From the NCBI RefSeq assembly GCF_032444005.1, contig NC_091286.1, positions 82,212,001-82,276,000 of the forward strand: a stretch of 64,000 nucleotides of DNA. The letters are read 5' to 3'. The stretch comes from Ranitomeya imitator. Lineage: Eukaryota. Positions 25,058-35,847 of this stretch are shown piece after piece. The position numbers and the translations under genes were made by a program. The notes under the pieces were generated by a model that did not search any database, was not told the origin of the DNA, and saw nothing but the letters and a program-made list of their open reading frames with translations. Positions within the stretch are counted from its first letter, which is position 1; the number at the start of each line of letters is the position of its first letter.

Positions 25058-26657
25058 GTGAGTATGTTGTCTATGGTTAGTCCTTTTTAATAAAACCAAT
25101 ATCTGTGGATATATTTGACAGGTGGGGTGCAGAGACCCACCCGGATCTGTAGCTGCTTACAGTTTTTAGGGTGCACACTTGTGTTAAGATAGTATGTCAC
25201 AAATGTAAAATGATAATCTGCCATGTGTAATGTCAGCTAAATGTAATGCCCAGTGGTATTGTCATTTCTTTCTTCCTGACCATTCATTACTCAGTGGTGT
25301 GTATATGATTTCTTTATCGCCTCTCATTGGGGGACACAGGAACCATGGGTGTATGCTGCTGCCACTAGGAGGCTGACACTATGCAAATAAAAAAGTTAGC
25401 TCCTCCTCTGCAGTGTACACCCCACCGACTGGCATTATACTCTTCAGTTTAGCTTAGTGTCAGTAGGAGGTGGACACGGGTCTTTCATTAGACCCTTATC
25501 TACCTCAATGTGCGTCGTTTCCTTTACAGGTTTCCCGGAGGGATACAGGGTGAGCAGTCACACCTGTAGTCCCACAAAACGGACTATGAGTACGGCGTGT
25601 ACTGCCACCCCGTATCCTCATAGATCCCTCTCCAGGACCAAGATCCTAGCACAGAAGCGTGCTCAGAAGTCCGGTCCTGGTTCCGTCCCCCACCCACTCG
25701 CCCACCAGAGCCTGTCGGTCGGCGGAGACGAGGACGTCCATTAGCCCCTGGACGTCTCACCCCCTTTTAAGGTTAGTACCGGCGTGGGATGTTTTTAGGT
25801 GAGTATTCTCTCCCTTCCCATCCCAGATCTTTGTTAGGGGGGTTCCTGTTAGAGGCTCCCTGTCGTTTTCTTACCCGGTCATTGACTGTATCTTCCAGTG
25901 ACGGCCGGTATTCTTTCTCCTCCCTTTCTGACAGGGGCCTTCTGTCTCAGCGCGGGGCCCCTTTTAGGCCACCACGCTCTTATCCCCTGTGGCCGGATCC
26001 CTAGACCGGCGGGGACACATCCTCAGCGCAGCAGCCCTGCAGGCGGTCGCGCCGCTTCTCGCTGCGGCGCATTGTTCTGGCAGGCGCTCGCGCCGCTTTC
26101 CCCTGCGGCGCATCGCTCTGGCGCCGCAGGAGGGTGTTTTCTGCGGCGCCCTTCAGCGGCGCAGCCTAGCAGGCCGCGGCGCCTGCGGCTCAGCCTTCCT
26201 CTCACCGCATCGTTCCGGTGCGCTATTTTGGCGCCGCGGCTTCTTTTCTCGGCCGCCGGTGCCTAATTTAGGCCCCGGCTTCGGCCGGGGCCTACTTCCG
26301 GTTTGTCGGCCTCTCCATTTCCGCCCCTGCAGGCGGGCTTTTTCCCGCCCGACATTCTGCGCCCTGCCCACCGGCGCCTCTGCGTCTGGCTCCACCCCCT
26401 TCCTCGTGGATCTCTCGGCCGGTGTGCACCGCTTCTCTCAGCAGCAGCCCTCGCAGTGCCTCACACAGCGCGCCACGCTCCTTCACTCGCATCTTCTGTG
26501 GCTCAGCATCGCAGAATCAGCACCTCAGGGAAGTCCTCCGCCGAGGACAAGTGGGACATCTTCCAGGACCGGGTCCGTGAGTAGCTGCACTGCAGACTGA
26601 CACCCTTCTCTGCCCCACTGTCCCCTAACCCACTGGCATCTTCAGGGATCTCTCAAA

Positions 26658-28148
26658 ATGTCTTCTAAAGGGGGCCGCTCTCGTCCCCCTACTTCTTCAT
26701 CTTCTGCCTTAGTCACGTACTTTGCATGTTCGTCCTGTAACAGCAAACTTCCCTCAGGTCAGTCCTCCCCGCTGTGTCAGTCCTGCAGCAACCCAATTGT
26801 TCCCACCGCCCAGGATCCTCCGGCTGTTCCGCCCGAGAGTGATCCCCCCATCCCAGGCTGGGCCGCCTCTCTGTCCCAATCGGTGGCCGATTTAACACGG
26901 GTATCTCAAACCCTGGTGTCCGCGCTGGATCGGTTACCCCTGCAGACCCCTGCCGTGGCCAGCGGGTCGCAGGAACCGCCGCCCGAGACCTCCTTGCTAA
27001 GCTACAAAAGGTCCAGACAGGAACGTCGGTCTGAGTCCTCTTCGCGTTCCATCTCGCCGCACGGCCCTCCCCCGCGGTCTGTGTCCCACCGATCCTCCTC
27101 CCCTGAGTCAGGCGAGGCATTATCTGATGCGCCCTCAGAGGATATTTCAGAGCTGGATCCTAACCAGATCGCCACCATGAGTGAGACGGTCCAGAACCTC
27201 ATTCGGGCTATAAACCAAACCTGTGGCATTCAGGATCCCGCTACGGAACCCGCAGATCAGGCGGTTTCGTTTAGACGGGCCAAACCACCTTCAAAATTTT
27301 TCGCTCCTCATCCTGAATTCGAGGAAATCCTGGCCAGAGAGAGAGAGAATCCAACCAGACGTTTTCAGAGGGGAAAACGCCTGGGGGTGTTATATCCGTT
27401 TTCACCAGAACTTACCGCCAATTGGACGGTCTCTCCCTCGGTGGATCCCCCTGTTTCCAGGCTGTCCACCAACACGGTGCTTCCACTGTCCGGCGGAGCG
27501 TCTCTGAAGGATTCTAACGACAGAGTTATAGAATCCTTCGCGAAATCTGCCTTTGAAGCGGCTTCAGCAGCGCTATGCCCAGCCTTTGCTTCCACCTGGG
27601 CTTCAAAATCCATCTCAAAATGGGCCAAGGATCTACGGCGAGGTATCCTTGACGGGGCACCTCCCGCGCAATTGGCGGAACTTGCCAACCAGATTTCCCA
27701 CGCTGGTGAATACCTGGTTTCCGCCTCCCTGGATGTCGCGTCGTGTGCGGCTCAGGCTTCCAGCAATGCCGTTGCCATCCGCCGGACCGTTTGGCTCAAG
27801 GCCTGGCAGGCGGACTTGTCCTCCAAAAAGTCCCTCACTAGTCTGCCCTTCCAGGGCTCTCGTCTCTTTTGTTCCCAGCTGGACCAAATCATTAAGGACG
27901 CCACCGGGGGTACAAGTTCTCTTCTCCCCCAGGCTAAACCTCGTCGCCCTCCTCCTAGACGGCAGTTTCGCTCCTTTCGGCCTTTTCGGCGCTTCGCTGC
28001 GTCGAACTCCTTTTCCCAGCAGCAACAGAGGCCACAGGCACGTCAAGAGAGGAAGGCGGTGTCCTTCAGGCCCACTCCGTCCTGGCGTCCTCGCTTTTCC
28101 CAGGGTAGATCGTCCAGGCCCAGGACTGGAAGATCCACCTCCGCATGA
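26658..28148 (+). CDS. DIRS-A ORF1 (gag-like) with an N-terminal C-x2-C...C-x2-C zinc finger, 496 aa
   Basis: Uninterrupted ORF; ACSSCNSKLPSGQSSPLCQSC; LAP2alpha-like core (SVDPPVSRL, WLKAWQAD, LPFQGSRLF). Confidence 0.9.
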   Translation: MSSKGGRSRPPTSSSSALVTYFACSSCNSKLPSGQSSPLCQSCSNPIVPTAQDPPAVPPESDPPIPGWAASLSQSVADLTRVSQTLVSALDRLPLQTPAVASGSQEPPPETSLLSYKRSRQERRSESSSRSISPHGPPPRSVSHRSSSPESGEALSDAPSEDISELDPNQIATMSETVQNLIRAINQTCGIQDPATEPADQAVSFRRAKPPSKFFAPHPEFEEILARERENPTRRFQRGKRLGVLYPFSPELTANWTVSPSVDPPVSRLSTNTVLPLSGGASLKDSNDRVIESFAKSAFEAASAALCPAFASTWASKSISKWAKDLRRGILDGAPPAQLAELANQISHAGEYLVSASLDVASCAAQASSNAVAIRRTVWLKAWQADLSSKKSLTSLPFQGSRLFCSQLDQIIKDATGGTSSLLPQAKPRRPPPRRQFRSFRPFRRFAASNSFSQQQQRPQARQERKAVSFRPTPSWRPRFSQGRSSRPRTGRSTSA

Positions 28149-30054
28149 CTCTTGGCAAGACTCCAGCCCAACTCCCAAGTTGGGGGGCCGTCTTCTCCGT
28201 TTCAGGGACGTCTGGATTTCCGCAGTAGAGGATGCATGGGTCAGGGAAGTTGTATCCTCTGGATACAAAATAGAGTTTGCCTCCCGACCCAGGGATCGTT
28301 TCTTCCAATCCCGTCCTCCAAAAGATCCCGCTCTGGTTCCGGGCTTCTTCGCAGCCATCGCTTCTCTGCTCAAATCCGGGGTAATCGTTCCCGTCCCAGA
28401 AAAGGAACGGTACACAGGCTTCTACTCAAACCTCTTTGTGGTACCGAAAAAAGACGGCAAGGTTCGTCCCATTCTGGACCTCAAATTGCTAAACAGGAGG
28501 GTTCACCTGAGACACTTCAGGATGGAATCCCTTCGTTCAGTAATTGCTTCCATGGAGGCTCAGGAATTTCTATGCTCTATAGATATCCAGGACGCCTACC
28601 TACATGTTCCGATATTTCCCGGACATCACCGTTTCCTGCGCTTCGCAGTGCAACAAGATCATTTTCAGTTCGTCGCCCTGCCGTTCGGCCTCGCAACCGC
28701 GCCAAGGGTGTTCACGAAAATCATGGCGGCGCTGATGGCCATCTTAAGAGTCAGAGGCTTGGTTCTGTTTCCATACCTCGACGACATCCTCATCAAGGCT
28801 CCGTCCTTTGCTCAGGCCCACGAAAGCCTGTCCATTGTTCTCGACACGTTATCCCGTTTCGGGTGGCTGGTCAACCGGAAAAAGTCCTGCCTTATTCCTT
28901 CTCAGCGCATCATCTTTCTGGGCATGCTTTTCGACACTCATCAGTCCAGAGTCTTCCTTCCCAAGGACAAGAGATCCACCCTTTGTCGGGACATACGCTT
29001 GCTCCAGGGTCCTCGGCCTCCCTCCCTCCGATCGGCCATGAAGGTTCTGGGGAGGATGGTAGCTACCTTGGAAGCGATTCCCTTCGCACAATTCCATTCT
29101 CGACCCCTTCAGCAAGCCATTCTGTCTCAGTGGGACAGGTCGGTCTTCTCCCTGGATCGGCCGATCAGACTCTCCTTTCGGGTCAAGCGGTCTCTCAACT
29201 GGTGGCTGACGTCACCTCTCATCTCCCAGGGCAGGTCCTTCCTTCCGGTTCACTGGCAGGTGGTGACAACGGACGCCAGCCTGATCGGCTGGGGTGCGTT
29301 TTTTCGCCACCTGACGGTTCAGGGCCGTTGGTCGCCGCAGGAGTCTTCTCTGCCGATCAACGTCCTCGAAATTCGGGCCATCTTTCTGTCCCTCCGCCAT
29401 TGGGAAAGGATCCTCAGGGGCCTTCCAGTCCGGGTCCAGACGGACAACGCCACGGCTGTGGCATATGTCAACCATCAGGGGGGGACTCGGAGCTCCTTGG
29501 CCCTTGCCGAGGTATCCAAGATCCTCCTTTGGGCAGAGGCAATGGTTCCGGTGATATCCACGGTGCATATCCCCGGCATGGAAAACTGGGCCGCCGACTT
29601 CCTCAGCCGCGAGGGTCTCGCGGCAGGGGAATGGTCCTTGCATCCGGAGGTCTTCCATCAGATTTGTCTTCGATGGGGAACTCCGGATGTGGATCTCACG
29701 GCGTCTCGAATCAACAGGAAGGTTCCGCAGTTCGTCTCCAGGTCCCGCGATCCTCTCGCAGTGGGCGTCGATGCTCTGGCCATTCCTTGGTCACAGTTCG
29801 AGCTGCCCTACCTGTTCCCACCCCTTCCATTACTTCCCAAACTTTTGAAGAAGATCAAAGCGGAAGGGGTGCCGGTCATTCTGATCGCCCCGGATTGGCC
29901 CAGGAGAGCTTGGTTCGCGGAGCTCGTCAACCTTCTCGCGGACGCTCCCTGGCGCCTTCCAGACAGGCCCGATCTGCTGTCCCAGGGTCCGATCTGCCAC
30001 CCGAATTCTCGGTCGCTCAGTTTAACGGCGTGGCTGTTGAGACCGCGGTTCTAA
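27553..30054 (+). CDS. DIRS-A ORF2: reverse transcriptase, RNase H and DAM-like methyltransferase domain (true start unknown)
   Basis: YSNLFVVPKKDG, IDIQDAY, LPFGLATAPRVF, YLDD, TTDAS, INVLEIRAI, TDN and YLFPP motifs, with no stops. Confidence 0.95.
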   Translation: MKRLQQRYAQPLLPPGLQNPSQNGPRIYGEVSLTGHLPRNWRNLPTRFPTLVNTWFPPPWMSRRVRLRLPAMPLPSAGPFGSRPGRRTCPPKSPSLVCPSRALVSFVPSWTKSLRTPPGVQVLFSPRLNLVALLLDGSFAPFGLFGASLRRTPFPSSNRGHRHVKRGRRCPSGPLRPGVLAFPRVDRPGPGLEDPPPHDSWQDSSPTPKLGGRLLRFRDVWISAVEDAWVREVVSSGYKIEFASRPRDRFFQSRPPKDPALVPGFFAAIASLLKSGVIVPVPEKERYTGFYSNLFVVPKKDGKVRPILDLKLLNRRVHLRHFRMESLRSVIASMEAQEFLCSIDIQDAYLHVPIFPGHHRFLRFAVQQDHFQFVALPFGLATAPRVFTKIMAALMAILRVRGLVLFPYLDDILIKAPSFAQAHESLSIVLDTLSRFGWLVNRKKSCLIPSQRIIFLGMLFDTHQSRVFLPKDKRSTLCRDIRLLQGPRPPSLRSAMKVLGRMVATLEAIPFAQFHSRPLQQAILSQWDRSVFSLDRPIRLSFRVKRSLNWWLTSPLISQGRSFLPVHWQVVTTDASLIGWGAFFRHLTVQGRWSPQESSLPINVLEIRAIFLSLRHWERILRGLPVRVQTDNATAVAYVNHQGGTRSSLALAEVSKILLWAEAMVPVISTVHIPGMENWAADFLSREGLAAGEWSLHPEVFHQICLRWGTPDVDLTASRINRKVPQFVSRSRDPLAVGVDALAIPWSQFELPYLFPPLPLLPKLLKKIKAEGVPVILIAPDWPRRAWFAELVNLLADAPWRLPDRPDLLSQGPICHPNSRSLSLTAWLLRPRF

Positions 30055-31080
30055 GAGCGTCCGGCCTTTCGGACCGGGTGATTCACACCATGATTCAGGC
30101 TCGGAAGCCTTCGTCTTCCAGGATCTACTACCGCACCTGGAAGGCCTACTTCCGTTGGTGCGAGTCCAACCGCGTTCCGCCTATGGTTTTTTCCCTGCCT
30201 TCTCTTTTGGCCTTCCTTCAGGCAGGGCTGGATTCGGGCCTGGCTCTTAGTTCCCTGAAGGGTCAGGTCTCGGCGCTTTCCATCCTCTTTCAGAAGACCT
30301 TGGCCTCTCGGCCACAGGTTAAGACCTTCTTTCAGGGGGTAGCCCACGCCGTCCCGCCGTACAGGGCCCCTGTGGAGGCATGGGACCTAAACCTGGTACT
30401 GGACGTTTTAAAGGTTTCTCCCTTTGAACCTCTTAGGGAGATTCCTCTATCAGTTTTATCTTGGAAGGTGGCTTTTCTTGTGGCCATCACGTCCATTCGC
30501 CGCGTTTCCGAGCTGGCGGCACTGTCTTGCCGCCCTCCGTTTTTGGTCATTCACCAGGACAAGGTGGTCTTCCGACCCCCCACCTTCTTTTCTTCCTAAG
30601 GTGGTTTCCACTTTCCACCTCAACGAGGACATCCTTCTACCTTCCTTTTGTCCAGCTCCGACTCATCCTCTGGAGCGATCGTTGAACAAGCTAGACCTCG
30701 TCAGGGCAGTGAGGATTTATCTGGATAGAACATCCTCTTTCCGGAAGATGGATTCCTTTTTCGTCATTCCTGATGGCACGCGCAGAGGCCAGCCGGCTTC
30801 CAAAGCGACTATTGCTCGATGGATCAGAATGGCAATTTTGGAGGCTTACCGGGTCAAGAACAGAGTGCCCCCTCCTGGGATTAAGGCTCACTCTACCCGG
30901 GCAGTCGGCGCCTCCTGGGCGGTGCACCACAGGGCTTCCGCCCTACAGCTTTGCAAAGCGGCAACTTGGTCTTCCATCCACACGTTCGCCAAATTTTACA
31001 AGGTCCATACCTATGCATCGGCGGACGCCAGCCTAGGCAGAAGGATCCTGCAGGCGGCAGTGGTGAGTCCTCTGACCTGA
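28152..31080 (+). CDS. DIRS-A ORF3: long N-terminal region overlapping ORF2 plus tyrosine recombinase, with one +1 frameshift near 30580
   Basis: ORF 28152-30599 continues into the frame of ORF 30424-31080. YR motifs SIRRVSELAAL, AHSTRAVGASWA and TFAKFYK are present. Confidence 0.88.
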
Positions 31081-31794
31081 TGGAAGTCTGTTTTTCTATT
31101 CGCCACGACAGCACCCACGAGAGAGGGGATCCGCCCCTAGGAACAGGAAACCTACAGAGAGATAAAAGGGGCGGCCCCCCCTCGCTCCTCAGTTGGTTTC
31201 CTGTTCCTAGATGGGAAACCCTCAGAGAGAATCTCTGGAAGTTATGGAAGAGGAAAGCTCGTCTGGATTGCCGCCTGTACGTCTCTGCTGAGGGGCTCCA
31301 GAGCGAGTGTCAGAGACGGGGGAAGGTTCCTGCTGGCTCCCCCCTCTTCTGATCGCATCAGAATGGATGTTCAGAGGCAACAGTCTCCCTGCTGGGAGAA
31401 GGTTGTAGCGCTCCACCGCGGATGGCAGAACGGCACGGCCGGTGAGTACCTGCATTGTGAGCTTGCCCCTCGATAATATCTTGTGGGCATCAGCATTGTC
31501 TCCGGTGTGCGGATAGCAACGGAGCACCTTCCTCCTCCATGGCGGTGGATTCGGCCGCATGGAGAAAGTTGTCGCACATGTGCGGTATGGTCGGCGTCCC
31601 GGAAGTAGTTCTTTGAACTTCCGGGGGCGCGGGGTCAGACTGGCGTTTCCTGTGTGGACGCCATTGAATGCAGCTGCGGTGGACGCAAAGACTAAAGCCT
31701 AATGGAATAGGTAAAAAAAAAAAAAAGGGGGAAGGTGTGTGTGTGCTCTCCGGTGCCATAAATTACAGCGCAGCTGTGCAGAGGGTGCATCAGC

Positions 31795-33287
31795 ATGTCG
31801 TCCCATGAGGAGGTCTGTGAGCGCCCTGTGGAGGAGGTGGTTGCACCCAGTGTCACTGTTAGAAAAAGAGGCAGTGGATTATCTAAAGGCGACTCCACTG
31901 ACAAGTCAGGAAGGAGATCGTCCCATAGCACACCCCAGGCCGAGCAAAGGAGCCGAGACCCGGTATACAAGTATACTTCAGGGTGAGTGTTTTTGTATAG
32001 CTCGATGGAAGCTTATGCGGTTCCCCTCCTTATGTCTTAATAGGCGAAGAGGACTGGGAAGACCAAGCACAAACAATGTGCAATATGTACTGAGCCCTTA
32101 CCTGGCTCTTACAGTAAAAAGCTATGTCAGGCTTGTATAGAGAACACACTGCGGCAGGAAGAGTCCGTTAAGATGAACGAAATACGTCTTATGATTCGGG
32201 AGGAGCTTCAGAGTTTAAAAGGAAGCAGTCCATCCATAAATATTGAAAGGAGAGTTAGCAGAGCATCCTCGCCTAAAGCCGACACGTCAGCAGAAAGCGG
32301 GGAGGTTGAGTCAGATGTCTCTCAGTTATCGGGTTCATCAGATGAGGAAGACTGTCTGCTTTCCTACGGATGGCATAAATAATCTGGTTAAGTCAGTAAG
32401 GAGTACTATGGGGGTTTCAGAATCTAAAGAACCCCAGACCCAGCAGGAGGTGATGTTCGCGGGTCTTTCTCAAAGGAAGGGCCATGTATTTCCGGTAAAC
32501 CAGGCTATAAAGGACCTGGTCAAGAAGGAATGGAGTAAAGGTCAGAAGGGGTTTGTGCCAGTGTCCTGTAAGAGACGCTACCCCTTTGATGACGAGGACT
32601 TGGCCACCTGGGCTAAAGTGCCGAAAGTTGATGCAGCTGTAGCCTCTACCTCTCACCGCTCTTCTTTGCCAGTAGAGGATGCGGGTTCTGTCTGACCCAA
32701 TGGACAGAAAATCTGATGCGCTGCTAAAGAAGTCATGGGAAGCCTGTGTTACTGCTTTTAAGCCAGCAATTTCAGCTACATGTACTAGTAGATCCATGTT
32801 GGTCTGGCTGGAATAACTGGATCAGAATATCAGGAGTGGCGTCTCCAGAGAGAAGTTACGGGCCTCCATTCCATTGATTAAGGGGGCTGCGGCATTTATA
32901 TCTGATGCCTCAATAGACTCTCTCTGCCTGGCGGCTAGATCAGCAAATCTCTCAAATACGGCTCGTTGAGCATTATGGCTAAAGAATTGGAAGGGAGACA
33001 CCCAGTCCAGGGCTAAATTGTGTGCCATACCCTGCCAGGGTGAGTACCTCTTTGGATCTGTCCTGGATGACATACTCACTAAGGCGGGCGAAAGGAAAAA
33101 AGAGTTTCCTAATCCCTTCATTCCTTCCTACAGAAGAGCGTTCAGGAAGCCACCATTTGGAAGGAAAGGAGGCTTTAAAGACCGCTGGAGTAACAGGGAG
33201 TTCAGGCAGAAGGGCAATCTGTTCAATAAGCGCCCCTTCAGACCAGCGGATAAGTTCCGTGAACCCTATTCCACCAGTGGGCGGTAG
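31795..33287 (+). pseudogene. DIRS-C ORF1 (gag-like), frameshifted
   Basis: KQCAICTEPLPGSYSKKLCQAC zinc finger; KVPKVDAAVA and PCQGEYLFGSVLDDIL blocks lie in different frames. Confidence 0.8.
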
Positions 33288-33577
33288 ACTACTACAATTT
33301 GTGGAACAGTGGAGAGAGATAACGGCCAATACATGGGCCTTAAATTTAATTTCGTCAGGTCTCACTTTAGACCTCATCCGGACACCTCCGGATTCTTTTC
33401 TTCTTACATCCCTAAAATCCAGGCTGCAGCAAGAAGCACTGGAAACTGAAATAAAGTCTCTTTTGTCCAAACAAGTATTAATAAAAGTTCCACCATCTGA
33501 AATAGGAAAGGGTTTTTATTCTCCCTTATTTCTAATAACTCAGCCTGATGGGTCCTTTAGGACTATATTTAATTTAA

Positions 33578-34452
33578 AGGGAACCTGTCACCCCGTTTTT
33601 TGAGATTGAGCTATAAATACTGTTAAATAGGGCCTGCGCTGTGCGTTACTATATTGTATGTAGTGTACCCTGATTCCCCATGTATGCTGAGAAATACATT
33701 ACCAAAGTCGCCGTTTTCGCCTGTCAATCAGGCTGGTCTGGTCAGGTGGGCGTGTTCACAGCGCTCTTTTCTTCCCCAGCTTTCCGTTGGTGGTGTGCGC
33801 ATGTCCAGAGTTCCGACTTCCCTGCGCCCACGTGAAGACACAGCGCGCGATCTGCGCTGTAATCCCTTGCATCGGTGGGGGCGGCCATCTTCCTGGGGCC
33901 GCGCGTGCGCAGATGGAGTGCTCTGCTGCACGGGGCTTCAGGAAAATGGCCGCGGGATGCCGCGCGTGCGCATTAGAGATCGCGGCGGCCATTTTCCCAA
34001 AGCCGAGTTTGCATCTCGGCTTTGGGAAAATGGCCGCCGCGATCTCTAATGCGCACGCGCGGCATCCCGCGGCCATTTTCCTGAAGCCCCGTGCAGCAGA
34101 GCACTCCATCTGCGCACGCGCGGCCCCAGGAAGATGGCCGCCCCCACCGATGCAAGGGATTACAGCGCAGATCGCGCGCTGTGTCTTCACGTGGGCGCAG
34201 GGAAGTCGGAACTCTGGACATGCGCACACCACTACGCCACCAACGGAAAGCTGGGGAAGAAAAGAGCGCTGTGAACACGCCCACCTGACCAGACCAGCCT
34301 GATTGACAGGCGAAAACGGCGACTTTGGTAATGTATTTCTCAGCATACATGGGGAATCAGGGTACACTACATACACTATAGTAACGCACAGCGCAGGCCC
34401 TATTTAACAGTATTTATAGCTCAATCTCAAAAAACGGGGTGACAGGTTCCCT
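33578..34452. mobile_element. T2/Kolobok-type foldback MITE, near-perfect 875-bp palindrome
   Basis: TTAA|AGGGAACCTGTCA...TGACAGGTTCCCT|TTAA; arms of about 430 bp around a TTTGCAT loop near 34010. Confidence 0.92.
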
Positions 34453-34562
34453 TTAAGGAAGTTAAACACCTTCATAAAACCTAAAGCCTTTAAAATGGAG
34501 TCCATTCGATCAGCCATTAAAAATCTATTTCCCAACTGTTACATGGTGGTGCTGGATCTTAA

Positions 34563-35847
34563 CCCCTTACCGGCATCGGACGTACTATACCGTCCGATGC
34601 CGGCTCCCCTGCTTTGATGCAGGGCTCCGCGGTGAGCCCGCACCAAAGCCGGGACATGTCAGCTGTTTTGAACAGCTGACATGTGCCCGTAATAGGCGCG
34701 GGCAGAATCGCGATCTGCCCGCACCTATTAACTAGTTAAATGCCGCTGTCAAACGCAGACAGCGGCATTTAACTACCGCTTCCGGCCGGGCGGCCGGAAA
34801 TGACGTCATCGCCGACCCCCGTCACATGTCCGGGGGTCGGCGATGCGTCTCCATTGTAGCCATAGAGGTCCTTGAGACCTCTATGGTTACTGATTGCCCG
34901 TCGCTGTGAGCGCCACCCTGTGGTCGGCGCTCACAGCACACGTGCAATTCTGCTACATAGCAGCGATCAGCAGATCGCTGCTATGTAGCAGAGCCGATCG
35001 TGCTGTCCCTGCTTCTAGCCTCCCATGGAGGCTATTGAAGCATGGCAAAAGTTAAAAAAAAAGTTTAAAAAAATGTGAAAAAAATAAAAAAACATAAAAG
35101 TTTAAATCACCCCCCTTTCGCCCCAATCAAAATAAATCAATAAAAAAAATATCAAATCTACGCATATTTGGTATCGCCGCGCTCAGAATTGCCCGATCTA
35201 TCAAATAAAAAAAAGTATTAACCTGATCGCTAAACAGCGTAGCGGGAAAAAAACTCGAAACGCCAGAATTACGTTTTTTTGGTCGCCGCGACATTGCATT
35301 AAAATGCAATAACGGGCGATCAAAAGAACGTATCTGCACCGAAATGCTATCATTAAAAACGTCATCTCGGCACGCAAAAAATAAGCCCTCAACCGACCCC
35401 AGATCACGAAAAATGGAGACGCTACGAGTATCGGAAAATGGCGCAATTTTTTTTTTTTTTTTTTTTTTAGCAAAGTTTGGAATTTTTTTTCACCACTTAG
35501 ATAAAAAATAACCTAGTCATGTTTGGTGTCTATGAACTCGTAATGACCTGGAGAATCATAATGGCAGGTCATTTTTAGCATTTAGTGAACCTAGCAAAAA
35601 AGCCAAACAAAAAACCAATGTGGGATTGCACTTTTTTTGCAATTTCACCGCACTTGGAATTTTTTTCCCGTTTTCTAGTACACGACATGCTAAAACCAAT
35701 GATGTCGTTCAAAAGTACAACTCGTCCCGCAAAAAATAAGCCCTCACATGGCCAAATTGACGGAAAAATAAAAAAGTTATGGCTCTGGGAAGGAGGGGAG
35801 CGAAAAACGAACACGGAAAAACGAAAAATCCCCTGGTCATGAAGGGG
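34563..35847. mobile_element. piggyBac-type non-autonomous element, 1285 bp
   Basis: TTAA|CCCCTT...AAGGGG|TTAA; no transposase ORF. Confidence 0.85.

Noticed and set aside
25300-25315. Target-site duplications around DIRS elements
   Set aside because: None seen beyond shared T runs, as expected for tyrosine-recombinase integration.
25457-25744. Shared MSVGGGHGSF... ORF in both DIRS-A leaders (also 5297-5689)
   Set aside because: It starts at GTG and the differences between copies are largely non-synonymous, so the similarity is explained by nucleotide homology.
28145-28148. AUGA stop-start reinitiation for pol
   Set aside because: That ATG is in the third frame (neither ORF2 nor ORF3) and closes after about 27 codons.
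27633-28415. Antisense ORFs over DIRS and CR1 (also 29212-29658, 60602-61045, 61070-61717)
   Set aside because: Shadow frames of real coding sequence with no recognisable motifs.
33654-34376. 171-206 aa ORFs on both strands
   Set aside because: They are mirror-image translations of the palindromic MITE.
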